Assembly: GCA_965223505.1 (NCBI GenBank)
Contig: CBDCWP010000013.1
Span: 203,261 to 267,260, forward strand
Source: Planctomycetota bacterium
GTDB taxonomy: Bacteria > Planctomycetota > PLA2 > JAEUHO01
Reading direction: 5' to 3'
DNA length: 64,000 nt
Shown in pieces: positions 37,755 to 47,517 of the stretch. Position numbers and translations under genes: made by a program. The notes beneath the pieces were generated by a model, which saw only the letters and a list, made by a program, of their open reading frames with translations, made no database searches and was not told where the DNA came from. Position 1 is the stretch's first letter. Every line of letters begins with the position of its first letter.

Positions 37755-39690
37755 ATGGGCCATCGACAGTCTAATCTATCTGGCGCAGTTTGTCGTTTTG
37801 GCGTTAGCTGCAAAGGAACTCGGCAAATGCAGCTTACTGGTAGGGCTGCCCCTGATTAGCGGCTTTTTGCTCACCGGCGTGTTGGCCGGGCCCTATGGCC
37901 TCGGAATGCTCGGGACCGAGGCCGTGCCGCATTTTCGCTTCATCGATGAAATCGCCCTCGCCTTTATCGCCTTTGCCGCGGGCTCCGAGCTGGAGCTGGC
38001 GCACGTGCGCAGCTCGCTGCGCGCCATCCTGGCGATTTTATTGGGTCAGACCATCGTCGTGTTGATCCTCGGCGCGATCGCCTACGTCTTGCTGGCGGAC
38101 GCCATGCCGTTCATGCAGGGCATGGCGCCGGCGGCGGTGCTCGCCATCGCCCTCATTGGCGCCACCATCATGGTGGCTCGCTCGCCCTCGTCCGCCCTGG
38201 CCATCATCAAAGAAATGCGGGCGCGCGGGCCGTTCACGCAAATTATCCTCGGCATCACGGTATTGATGGACGCGGTCGTCATCATCATCTTCACCGTCAA
38301 TGTGTCGCTCGCCGACGTGCTCATTGAAGGCGTCCCGTTCCGCTTCGCCTTGGTCCTGTTCCTCATCTTTGAAATCGTCCTGGATATCGTCCTCGGGCTC
38401 CTCGTCGGCCAGATTTTGCGTCTCATCCTGGCGCTGTTTCGGGACGCCTATCTCAAAACCATCCTCGTTCTGCTGACCGGCTACGGGTTGTTTTATCTCT
38501 CGCACATCTTGCGCGGCGTGCACATCGGGCCGCTGCCGATCGGCATCTTCTCCGAGCCCTTGCTCATCGGCTTGGTCGCGGGGTTTTTCGTCGCCAACTA
38601 CACCCGTCACCGCGCCGAATTGCACAAAATCATCGAAGAGGCCGCCCCCTGGGTCTTTCTCGCCTTTTTCACCCTGGTGGGGGTGTCGCTCGAAATGGAT
38701 GTGCTGCGGCACACCTGGATGGTCGCCGTGGCCTTGCTGGTGGTCCGCTTGGTGGGCATTTACGTTGGCTGTTTCGTCGGCAGCCGGGCGCTGAGTCACG
38801 GAACGAATCAAAACCTCGTGCTCGGCATGACGTCCATTACGCAAGCCGGGGTCAGCATTGGCCTGGCCAAACAAGTCGGGGTGGAGTTCCCCGACTGGGG
38901 CAGCGGCTTCGCCACCCTGACGATCGGGGTGATCGTGTTGAATCAACTCATCGGCCCGCCCTGCTTTAAGTGGGCCCTTCGCCTGGCGGGCGAGGCGCAT
39001 CCGCCGGCCGACACGCCCGAGTTCGACGGCGTGCGCGACGTGCTCATTTGCGGCGTCGACGAAGAGTCCCTCGCCCTGGCCCGCCTGCTCATCCGGCGCA
39101 ACTGGAACGTGCAGTTGGCGGATTTTGAGGCGCAGCGCATCGAGCGCCTGGTGTGGCCGGAAGTGAAGTCGCACATCCTGCCGGAGGTGAGCGCTGAAGC
39201 CCTGCGCGCCATTGAGATGGAAAAAGTGGAGGTCATCGTGGTCATGCTCGACGACGAGACCAATTATCAACTCTGCGAATTGGTCTACGAACGCTTTGGC
39301 GTCGCCCATATGGTGGCGCGCCTCTACGATCAGGCCAATGCGGCGCGCTTTCAGGAACTTGGGGTGCTGACCCTGCATCCCAACGCCTCCATGATCAATC
39401 TTTTAGATCACTGCGTGCGCTCGCCCTCGGCCGCCTCGCTGATCTTGGGACAAGAGGTGAATCAGGACGTCGTCGAGATCACCGTAGGCAATCCCGCCAT
39501 GCACGGCCTGGCTCTGCGCGACCTGACCCTGCCGGTGGACACGCTGATCGTGTCGATCCGGCGCCACGGCCGCATTTTGCTGTCGCACGGCTACACGCGC
39601 CTGGAAGTCGGCGACGAGGTGACGGTGGTGGGCTCGCCCGAAAGTCTGGAAGAGGTGCAGTGGCAGTTTGAGTCGCGGTTGTACTCTTAA
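37755..39690 (+). CDS. Cation:proton antiporter (CPA2) with TrkA-N and TrkA-C (RCK) domains
   Basis: GLPLISGFLLTGVLAGP, FIAFAAGSEL, QAGVSIGLA, then RCK domains. True ATG 37755 (GAGGAGG RBS) is one base out of frame (extra G in ATGGGCC). Confidence 0.88.
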
Positions 39691-39779
39691 GCGGCGCGCC
39701 TCGACAAACCGCTATGCAAATGCGACAATCCGGCGAGGTCAACCCGTAACGTGAATTCCTCTCTACCATGGTCGTGACG

Positions 39780-40382
39780 ATGCAGCTGATTGTTGGATTG
39801 GGCAATCCCGGCCCAAAATATCTCCAGACCCGCCACAATGTCGGCTTCATGATCGCCGACGCCGCAGCGCAACGCACCCGCCTGCGCCTGTCGACCGCGC
39901 CCAAGGGGTCGAAGTGGACGGCGTGGCTCAAACGCCAAGATCTCGCCGAAGCCGGGCAGGGCTCTTACCAGGGGCGCGCCTTTACCCTAATCAAACCGCT
40001 GACGTTTATGAACCGTAGCGGCGAAGCCGTGGCCCACTACGCGCAGGCGCTGAATCTGGAGGCCCAGGATATTTTGGTGATTTTCGACGACATCAGTTTG
40101 CCGGTGGGAACCGTGCGGCTGCGCAAAAAGGGCGGTGCGGGCGGCCACAATGGCGTGCAGAGCATCATCGATCACCTTGGCACGAGCGAGTTTCCGCGTC
40201 TGCGCTTTGGCGTGGGCAACGATTTCGAACGCGGCGAGCAAGTGGACTACGTGCTCTCGCCCTTCGCGCCTGAGGAGCAAGAGACCGTGGAGGCGGCTAT
40301 CGACCAGGCCGCTGAGGCGGTGCTGGCGTCGATCCGCGAGGGGATCGACATCGCCATGAATCAGTATAATCGCCGGGGGTGA
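39780..40382 (+). CDS. pth: Peptidyl-tRNA hydrolase
   Basis: LIVGLGNPG, TRHNVGF, KPLTFMNRSG, GGHNGVQSI, RLRFGVG. Confidence 0.97.
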   Translation: MQLIVGLGNPGPKYLQTRHNVGFMIADAAAQRTRLRLSTAPKGSKWTAWLKRQDLAEAGQGSYQGRAFTLIKPLTFMNRSGEAVAHYAQALNLEAQDILVIFDDISLPVGTVRLRKKGGAGGHNGVQSIIDHLGTSEFPRLRFGVGNDFERGEQVDYVLSPFAPEEQETVEAAIDQAAEAVLASIREGIDIAMNQYNRRG

Positions 40383-40409
40383 TCCGAGCCCCGCAAGCGC
40401 TCGGATCAT
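40380..40409. terminator. Hairpin between convergent pth and ABC operon
   Basis: TGATCCGAGC...GCAA...GCTCGGATCA. Confidence 0.55.
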
Positions 40410-40421
40410 GGATAGGCTCTC

Positions 40422-41702
40422 TTATTTCGGCAACAACTTCTGCACGTCCCTCGCCATCTCTTCCAGCACCTTCTCCGGCTCGTCGATGCGGCTGCCGGAG
40501 ACAATGGACTGCATGTCGTCAAAAATCACCTTGGTGATTTTCAACCCGTTTTTGCCGGGAAAGGCGTACCAGGTGCGCAGCAGCGGCAGTTGCTTCACGG
40601 CCGTGAAGTTGTTCGGATGCTCGGCGTAAAAATCCTTCAGATAGACCTCATTGGCCTTCTTGTTGGGCGGCATATAGCCAGTGGTTTGCGCCACCACGGC
40701 GGCGCCGCGGCCAGAGGTGGCGAATTTGAGGAAGGTCCAGGCGGCGTTTTGCTTGGCTGGGTCTTTCGTCAGGAGCATGCCGGCGTTGCCGCCAGCGGGC
40801 AGGCCCACGACGTCGGGGTTGCCGTCTTTTAGCTCATAACCGGGAAAGAGCGCCGTTTTGAGTTCGAACATGTCGCCTTTTTCCTCAGTGATCTTGGCCA
40901 GGCGCGAGGTGGACCAGAAAAACATGCCCATTTGCCCGGCGGAAAAAGGCGCGACGGCCTCTTTGACGCTGTAGTTGGGCATTATGCATTCTTTGGCCAG
41001 TTTGGCGAAGGTCTGCATGGCCAGTTTGCCGGTGTCATTGCCGAAGTTGACGCTCTTTTCGTCCGCCGTCAACATGGTGTTGTCGCGCGACCAGTTGAGC
41101 GCCTGCCAGAACCAGTTGCCGGTGATGTTCCAGCCCCAGAACATGGTGTCGACATCGGGGACGTTGGCTTCGATCATCTTGCACAACTCGATGACTTCAT
41201 CCCAGGTTTTGGGCAGCTCTTTGCTCCAGCCCGATTTCTTGACGATGTCCATGTTGTAGTAGGCAATGGGGAGGGAGATGGAGAAGGGCAGCCCGTAGAC
41301 CTGGCCGTCAAACTTGCTCAAGTCTAACATGGCCTGGTGATAGCCATCTTTGAAGAACTGATCCCCTTCTTCTTGAATGAAGGGTTCGAGCGATTGGGCA
41401 ATGCCTTTTTCCACCAAGATGCGTTGGCGATTGAGCCCCTGGAACGTGATGTCCGGGGCTTTTTTGGTGATGGCTTCTTTGAGGACTTTTTGCGAGCCGT
41501 CTTCGTAGGACTCGTAGGGCGAACGGAATTTAACTTTTATATTGGGGTGATCCTTTTCGAATTCTTCCCCAATGATCTTATACGTCTCGTTGAACAAGAC
41601 GCCGTAGGGGTACTGCACTTCGATAGTGATGTCTTCCGCGGAGGCGGCGCTGGCGAAAACCAGTAGCGCAGCGCTCAGGATCAATAGCAGTCGACGCAGC
41701 AT
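40422..41702 (-). CDS. ABC transporter substrate-binding protein (UgpB/CUT1-like)
   Basis: Signal peptide ending ASA, YGLPFSISLPIAYYN, PKTWDEV, AAWTFLKF, TGYMP. Confidence 0.88.
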   Translation of the reverse strand: MLRRLLLILSAALLVFASAASAEDITIEVQYPYGVLFNETYKIIGEEFEKDHPNIKVKFRSPYESYEDGSQKVLKEAITKKAPDITFQGLNRQRILVEKGIAQSLEPFIQEEGDQFFKDGYHQAMLDLSKFDGQVYGLPFSISLPIAYYNMDIVKKSGWSKELPKTWDEVIELCKMIEANVPDVDTMFWGWNITGNWFWQALNWSRDNTMLTADEKSVNFGNDTGKLAMQTFAKLAKECIMPNYSVKEAVAPFSAGQMGMFFWSTSRLAKITEEKGDMFELKTALFPGYELKDGNPDVVGLPAGGNAGMLLTKDPAKQNAAWTFLKFATSGRGAAVVAQTTGYMPPNKKANEVYLKDFYAEHPNNFTAVKQLPLLRTWYAFPGKNGLKITKVIFDDMQSIVSGSRIDEPEKVLEEMARDVQKLLPK

Positions 41703-41719
41703 GCTGGAATCTCCTTTTC

Positions 41720-42544
41720 TCACTTCATGCCGGTGAAGGTAATGCCTTCGATGAAACGCCGCTGCGCCAGTAAGAAGGCGATCACCAGCGGCGCGATGAT
41801 GATGGCGGCAGTCGCCATCAGGGGACCGTAACTCGAGCCCCATTCCTCGTTGCGAAAGTTGGCCACGCCGAGCGGCGGGGTATAGAACGCCTCGCTCGAC
41901 AGCACGATCAGGGGCCAGAAATAATCGTTCCAATGCGCCACCACGGAGAAAATGCCAAAGGCGATGAGGGCGGGGATGGCGGTGGGCAACATGACGCGCC
42001 AGACGATGCCGAATTCGCTGATGCCATCCATGCGGGCGGCGTCGACGAGGTCGTCGGGCACGGTTTTGAAAAACTGCCGCATGAGAAAAATGCCGAAGAC
42101 CGAAATCGTCCACGGGACGATGAGGGCGGCGTAGGAATCGAGAATGCCAATCTTGAAAAACAGCAAATACAGTGGAATGGCGATGGTGTGGGGCGGAATG
42201 AGCAGGCACAGCAGCACCAAGGCAAAGACGGCGTCGCGGCCCCACCAGCGCAGCTTGGCCAGGGCGTAGGCGCAAGGCAGGGCGATCAGCACCTGAAAGA
42301 GAAAGATGGTGACGGTGACGAAGACGCCGTTGAGCATGTAGCGTAACAAAGGCTGTTCAGTGAGGGCTTCACGATAGTTGGCGAAGTCCGGCATATTGGG
42401 CCAGAGCTGTAGCGTCGCCTGATAGATCTCGCTCTCGTCTTTGATCGAGGTGGAGAGCATCTCGACAAACGGTGCGAGAATGACGACAGCCCCGACCGTT
42501 AGTATCAAATGTTTGAGCAGCTCGCTAACCCAGTGGCGTTTCAT
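41720..42544 (-). CDS. ABC transporter permease (UgpE/MalG-like)
   Basis: EAA loop DLVDAARMDG, HWNDYFWPL. Confidence 0.92.
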   Translation of the reverse strand: MKRHWVSELLKHLILTVGAVVILAPFVEMLSTSIKDESEIYQATLQLWPNMPDFANYREALTEQPLLRYMLNGVFVTVTIFLFQVLIALPCAYALAKLRWWGRDAVFALVLLCLLIPPHTIAIPLYLLFFKIGILDSYAALIVPWTISVFGIFLMRQFFKTVPDDLVDAARMDGISEFGIVWRVMLPTAIPALIAFGIFSVVAHWNDYFWPLIVLSSEAFYTPPLGVANFRNEEWGSSYGPLMATAAIIIAPLVIAFLLAQRRFIEGITFTGMK

Positions 42545-43482
42545 GAGTAGTGCACCCGCTTCTCGATAAAAAAGACTTTGACCAGGGTCAGGATAAAAAT
42601 GAAGATCAAAAACACCACCGTGAGACCAGCCGCGTAGCTAGAGCGGAAAAATTCAAAGGCTTCCTGGTAGATGGCGTAGACGAGCACCATCGAAGCGTTG
42701 TCCGGGCCGCCCTGGGTCAGCACGTGAACGGTGTCGAAGACCTGGAAGGAGCGGATGGCGCTGATCACCACCACGAACATGGTGACGGGCGACAACAACG
42801 GCCAGGTGACCGTCCAAAAGCGATCCCAGGCGGTGCGGGCGCCGTCGACTTCCAGGGCGTCGTAGAGGTCGCGCGGAATCGAGGTGAGGCCGGCCATGAA
42901 GAGCACCATGTTGAAGCCGATGGTCTGCCAGATGGCGATGGCGCACAGCGCGAATAGCGCGGTTTCTTTGGTGGTGAGCCAGAAGGGGCTGTCGATGCCG
43001 AAGAAGCTCAGCGTCAGGGCGAGCAGGCCGAATTTGGGATGCAGCAAAAACTCCCAGACGATGGCCATGGCGATGAGCGTGGACATGACGGGCAGAAAAT
43101 ACACCGAGCGCCATATGCCTTTGCCAATCGACAAGGACTCGATCAGCAGCGCGGCGCCGAGTCCCAGCATCACCGATCCCGGCACTACAATGGCGGCGTA
43201 AATGAAGGTGTTGAGCAGGGCTTTGCGGAACGTTTCCTCGCCCAGCATCTCGCGGTAGTTCTCGGCGCCGATCCAGGCGAAGTCGGCATCGCCGAGGCTC
43301 CAGTCGGTAAACGATAGCGCCACCACGGCAATGACGGGCGCGATGAGCAGCACGGCCATGAGGAAGAGGGCGGGGAGCGATAAGGCCCATCCCGTCAGGT
43401 GATCAAGGGCGCGACGGCTTAGGCTCAGCTTGACGCCAGGCGCCGCTATCGGCAAATCGAGAACTGCAGTCGGCTTAGCCAC
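42541..43482 (-). CDS. ABC transporter permease (UgpA/MalF-like)
   Basis: IPRDLYDALEVDGA, SFQVFD.V..LTQGGP. Confidence 0.92.
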   Translation of the reverse strand: MAKPTAVLDLPIAAPGVKLSLSRRALDHLTGWALSLPALFLMAVLLIAPVIAVVALSFTDWSLGDADFAWIGAENYREMLGEETFRKALLNTFIYAAIVVPGSVMLGLGAALLIESLSIGKGIWRSVYFLPVMSTLIAMAIVWEFLLHPKFGLLALTLSFFGIDSPFWLTTKETALFALCAIAIWQTIGFNMVLFMAGLTSIPRDLYDALEVDGARTAWDRFWTVTWPLLSPVTMFVVVISAIRSFQVFDTVHVLTQGGPDNASMVLVYAIYQEAFEFFRSSYAAGLTVVFLIFIFILTLVKVFFIEKRVHYS

Positions 43483-44638
43483 GCACGCGCTCCTGTTGCT
43501 CGGTCGCTGCGAGGCTTGCCGTCAGGCGGTCGCCAGCGGCGTCGAAGAGCAGCACATCCGTTGCGTCAAAGGTAATGTCAAGGCGATCGCCCACCCGCAC
43601 TCGCGGCAACAGCGCCGGTGGGATGCGGGCGATAACCGGCTCCGGGCTGTCGGGATGCTCTAGGTGCACGAGCCCGTCGGAGCCCAAATTTTCCGTGTGC
43701 GTCACCGCGGCGCTGCCGCTCGCGCCCCGCGGTTCGGTGACGCACACAACCTCGGGGCGAACGCCGGCCTGCAGGCGCGCGCCAGGCGTCGCCTCGGTGT
43801 CCATAGCGAAACGCCTGCCCGCGATGTCGATGGTTTTGGCGTCCACGACGCTGGCGGTAAAGCGGTTGATTTTGGGGCTGCCGATAAATTCCGCCACGCG
43901 CAGATCGGCGGGATTGCGGTAGATGTCATCCGGCGCGCCGACTTGAATGAGATCGCCGTCCATCATCACGGCGACGCGATCCGACATGGTCATGGCCTCG
44001 GCCTGATCGTGCGTCACGTAGATAAAGGTCACGCCGATGCGGCGATGCAGTTGGGCGATTTCCGCCCGCATGTGCACCCGCAGTTTGGCGTCGAGATTGG
44101 AGAGCGGCTCGTCCATGAGAAAGGCGACGGGCCGGCGCACCATGGCGCGGCCAACGGCGACGCGCTGGCGCTGGCCGCCGGAGAGCTGTCCGGGCTTGCG
44201 ATGCAGCAGATGGGCGATGTCAAGGGTCTCGGCCGCATCGCGCACCTCGGTGGCAATGCCGCGCTCGATGGCGGCTCGGCCCGGCATCAAGCGCCCGAGC
44301 AGCGGCAGGCGGTGATGAAATCCCAACCGCCGCATGCGCAGGGGCACGGCGATGTTGTCAAAAACGCTGAGATGGGGATAGAGAGCGTAGGATTGAAACA
44401 CCATGGCGAGGTCGCGATCGCGCGGCCGCAAGTGGTCCACCGGGCGCTCGCCAATGCGCAGCGAGCCGCTGCTTTGCCGTTCTAAACCAGCGATAATGCG
44501 CAGCAAGGTCGACTTGCCGCAGCCTGAAGGGCCGACGAGCGTGAGGAATTCGCCGTCTTCGATCTCGAGGCTGATGTCGCGCAACACCTGGGTGGCGCCA
44601 AAATTTTTGCTGATGTGATGCAGGGAGACTTGAGCCAT
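43475..44638 (-). CDS. ABC transporter ATP-binding protein (UgpC/MalK-like)
   Basis: GPSGCGKST, LSGGQRQR, MDEPLSNLDAKLR, YVTHDQ; start ATG 44638 (or 44647). Confidence 0.95.
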   Translation of the reverse strand: MAQVSLHHISKNFGATQVLRDISLEIEDGEFLTLVGPSGCGKSTLLRIIAGLERQSSGSLRIGERPVDHLRPRDRDLAMVFQSYALYPHLSVFDNIAVPLRMRRLGFHHRLPLLGRLMPGRAAIERGIATEVRDAAETLDIAHLLHRKPGQLSGGQRQRVAVGRAMVRRPVAFLMDEPLSNLDAKLRVHMRAEIAQLHRRIGVTFIYVTHDQAEAMTMSDRVAVMMDGDLIQVGAPDDIYRNPADLRVAEFIGSPKINRFTASVVDAKTIDIAGRRFAMDTEATPGARLQAGVRPEVVCVTEPRGASGSAAVTHTENLGSDGLVHLEHPDSPEPVIARIPPALLPRVRVGDRLDITFDATDVLLFDAAGDRLTASLAATEQQERVRG

Positions 44639-44710
44639 AGGGGTCATCTCATGCCGGGTCACGTGTTGGTTGACGACGCGATGCGTGAGTCCGTAGAATG
44701 ACACAGGTTT

Positions 44711-44749
44711 ATGGCAGCAGGATTAGGACAACGTTAAGAAATGATGAAG
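44711..44749 (-). promoter_or_regulatory. Pho-box-like array of four units
   Basis: Minus strand CTTCAT, CTTAAC, CCTAAT, TGCCAT at exact 11-bp period, followed after 10 nt by CATTCT (-10-like), pointing at the ABC operon. Confidence 0.6.
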
Positions 44750-44784
44750 ATACAGACCAACTGCACAGAGGAAAGGGCGACACC

Positions 44785-46038
44785 TTGGGCGCTGACAGCA
44801 TTGAACTAAACGGCATTCGCTATCAAAAACCATCGCGGCCGGTGGCGGTCGTGTGCATTGACGGCGGCGATCCGGCCTATTTTGAGCAGGGGCTCAAAGA
44901 CGGCATTATTCCGACCATCGAGCGCTTTATGACGGACGGCTTCGCCGCCGTGGCGCGCGGCAGTATGCCCAGCTTTACCTGTCCGAACAACATGTCGATC
45001 GTCACCGGCACGGAGCCCGAGGCGCACGGCATTTCCGGCAATTTTTACCTGAATCGCGACACCAATGAGCCAGTAGTGATGACCGGGCCGGAGTTGCTGC
45101 GTACGCGCTCAGTGATGGCGGAATTTTCGCGCCATGGCGTGCGGGTGGCGTCCATTACGGCCAAGGACAAACTGCGGCAGCAGTTGCAAAAGGACATGGA
45201 CTTGACCTGCGGCTCCGTGAGCTTTTCCGCCCAATACGCTAGTCAGTCCAGCCTGGCGGAAAACGGCATCGACAACGTCCTGGACTTTGTCGGGCGGCCG
45301 CAGCCGGATATGTACTCGGCCGACTTGTCGCTATTTGTGCTCGACGCTGGCATTAAATTGTTGGAGACGCGCCGCCCGGATATTTTGTACCTATCACTGA
45401 CGGATTTTATCCAGCACGGCCACGCGCCGGGAACGCCCGTATCGGATCAGTTCCACCGCGATTTGGACGCGCGCTTTAGCCGCCTCGCCGAACTCGGGGC
45501 CGTCGTGGCGCTCACCGCTGACCACGGCATGAACGACAAGGCCGACGCCAATGGCGAGCCGAATGTGATTTTTCTCCAAGATATTCTGGATCGCGATTTG
45601 GGCATGGGCGCCACCACGGTGATTTGTCCCATCACCGACGCCTTTGTCGGGCACCACGGCGCGCTCGGCGGCTTTGTGCGCGTCTATTGTCACGAGGGGC
45701 GGCGGCCTGAAGAAGTGCTGGAGATCGTCGGCGGCTTGCCTGGTGTGGCGCAGGCTTGGGCCGCAGCCGATGTGGCGCGCGAGTTGGAGCAGCCCCTCGA
45801 TCGCGAGGGGGACGTGGCGGTGATGGGCGACAAACACACGGTCATCGGCGGCCGCGAGGCGGACCACGATTTGTCCGCGCTCAAAGGCAGTCGGCTGCGC
45901 ACGCATGGCAGCCTGTTTGAAGCCGATGTGCCGTTCATCATTTCCGAGCCGTTGCAGGGGCCGTACGCCGAGCGCGCCGCAGCCGGCGGCCTGCGCAGCC
46001 GCGAGCTCTTTGAGTTTGTCTTAAATGGGGTGGAGTAG
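44785..46038 (+). CDS. phnA: Phosphonoacetate hydrolase
   Basis: VVCIDGGD, MPSFTCPNNMSIVTG, HGISGNF, AKDKLR, YLSLTDFIQH, TADHGMNDK, LRTHG; start uncertain (TTG 44785). Confidence 0.92.
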   Translation: MGADSIELNGIRYQKPSRPVAVVCIDGGDPAYFEQGLKDGIIPTIERFMTDGFAAVARGSMPSFTCPNNMSIVTGTEPEAHGISGNFYLNRDTNEPVVMTGPELLRTRSVMAEFSRHGVRVASITAKDKLRQQLQKDMDLTCGSVSFSAQYASQSSLAENGIDNVLDFVGRPQPDMYSADLSLFVLDAGIKLLETRRPDILYLSLTDFIQHGHAPGTPVSDQFHRDLDARFSRLAELGAVVALTADHGMNDKADANGEPNVIFLQDILDRDLGMGATTVICPITDAFVGHHGALGGFVRVYCHEGRRPEEVLEIVGGLPGVAQAWAAADVARELEQPLDREGDVAVMGDKHTVIGGREADHDLSALKGSRLRTHGSLFEADVPFIISEPLQGPYAERAAAGGLRSRELFEFVLNGVE

Positions 46039-46135
46039 GTAAACGAAAAGCGCTCGGAGGAAAGCATCAGCGCCCTGCGAACCGATATGCGACTGGCGTC
46101 GGAAAGCGGGGCGTGCGCGAAGTCAATTAGCAGGG

Positions 46136-46357
46136 TTAGGACTTAGGCCAAGGCTGCTTTAAAAATTGATACAGATCCTGAAGGATCGCTTCGGCTTCCT
46201 CTCGACTCGCCCCGACTGCCAACTCGAGCTGTTGATCATCGAGCTGCTTAAGTTGCATTTCTAACGCCGAGGACAGAACGACGATCTCATCTTCTGATAA
46301 CTCTAGCTCGAGTAGGCGCACACTTGCGACCTCTCTTTCGGTAATTTGTTTCGCCAT
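46136..46357 (-). CDS. Small acidic helical protein, putative immunity/antitoxin
   Basis: LELSEDEIVVLSSAL...VGASREEAEAIL; 11 nt downstream of the toxin-like ORF. Confidence 0.55.
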   Translation of the reverse strand: MAKQITEREVASVRLLELELSEDEIVVLSSALEMQLKQLDDQQLELAVGASREEAEAILQDLYQFLKQPWPKS

Positions 46358-46368
46358 TGTTCATCCTA

Positions 46369-46620
46369 CTAAGAGTTCTGAATCCAACGTCCAGATTGGA
46401 GACGGTGTTGACGGTTTCGCCGCGTCGTGCGAAAGCTGGTGTGATGTCTACCATCGGACGTGAAGACATGGGTGCGGCCATTTGGCCCTACATAAATCAA
46501 GTAACCACTATCGACATCCTGATAGACTTCGCGTGGATGCTCGCGATCTCTGAAAGCTTCCGCCGTCGGCCGGTCGTCTTGGCGATGTCGATCCTCACCA
46601 TGCTCTGTGCGTTCAGACAT
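46369..46620 (-). CDS. Small polymorphic-toxin-CT-like protein (putative RNase)
   Basis: TEHGEDR, YQD..SG..IYVGPNGRTHVF..GRHHTSF, Arg-rich tail ending SGRW; extended -10 TGCTATACT at 46653-46661. Confidence 0.5.
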   Translation of the reverse strand: MSERTEHGEDRHRQDDRPTAEAFRDREHPREVYQDVDSGYLIYVGPNGRTHVFTSDGRHHTSFRTTRRNRQHRLQSGRWIQNS

Positions 46621-46748
46621 TTACACCCCTCATCCCTCACCATCATAAAACGAGTATAGCACACATCCGATCTTGACGGCGTCGCCGCATTCATCAAGAA
46701 TAGGCGCAGGACATCGGAGCAACCTCAACACGCAAGGACACGTCAACA

Positions 46749-47498
46749 ATGGGCAAATTCGATGGTAAAGTCGCGCTGGTGACGGGCTCGGGCCGCAATA
46801 TTGGCCGCGCCACGGTATTAAAACTGGCGGCCGAAGGCGCCAATGTCGTGGTCAACGCCCGCAGCAATCGAGACGAGGCCGAGGCCGTCGCCGAGGAGGC
46901 GCGCGCCCTTGGTGTGAAAGCCTTGCCGATCCTGGCCGACCTGGGCAAGCGCGATGAGGTCGAGCGCATGGTGGCGCAGACGATGGCCGAGTTCGGCAAA
47001 GTCGACATCTTGATCAACAACGCGGCGATCCGCCCGCACAAACCCTTTACGGAAGTGACGGTGGAGGACTGGGAAACGGTGCGCGGCGTGGTGCTCGATG
47101 GGCCGCTGTACTTGACCCTCGGCGTCATCCAATCGATGGTGGAAAATCAATACGGCCGCATTCTCTTTTTCACCGGCGAGGGGGCCTTTGTCGGCGGCGC
47201 TAGCCGCGCCCACGTCTCCGCCGCGAAGATGGGCCTGGTGGGCCTGGCGCGGAGTCTGGCCAAGGAGTTTGCGCCGCACAATATCCGCGTCAATGTCGTC
47301 TCGCCGGGCAGCATTGATACGACGCGCGCCAATCCTGAGTGGTATCAGGGACGCGCCCCGAACGCCGAGGGCATTCCCCTGCAGCGTCAGGGCACGAGCG
47401 AGGAAATCGCCGCCACCTGCCTGTTCTTGGTCAGCGAAGACAGCGGCTTTATCACGGGTCAGACCATCCATGCCAATGGCGGCGTGGCCTTCTATTAA
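46749..47498 (+). CDS. Short-chain dehydrogenase/reductase (FabG-like)
   Basis: TGSGRNIG, NNAA; catalytic Tyr appears replaced (HVSAAK). Confidence 0.9.
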   Translation: MGKFDGKVALVTGSGRNIGRATVLKLAAEGANVVVNARSNRDEAEAVAEEARALGVKALPILADLGKRDEVERMVAQTMAEFGKVDILINNAAIRPHKPFTEVTVEDWETVRGVVLDGPLYLTLGVIQSMVENQYGRILFFTGEGAFVGGASRAHVSAAKMGLVGLARSLAKEFAPHNIRVNVVSPGSIDTTRANPEWYQGRAPNAEGIPLQRQGTSEEIAATCLFLVSEDSGFITGQTIHANGGVAFY

Positions 47499-47517
47499 TT
47501 CGATTAAAGGGGGGCGC

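Noticed and set aside
38038..39378. Long antisense ORFs (also 2297-3298, 13691-14758, 14803-15729, 11692-12873)
   Set aside because: Shadow frames of well-supported genes on the opposite strand, expected in high-GC DNA; no motifs.
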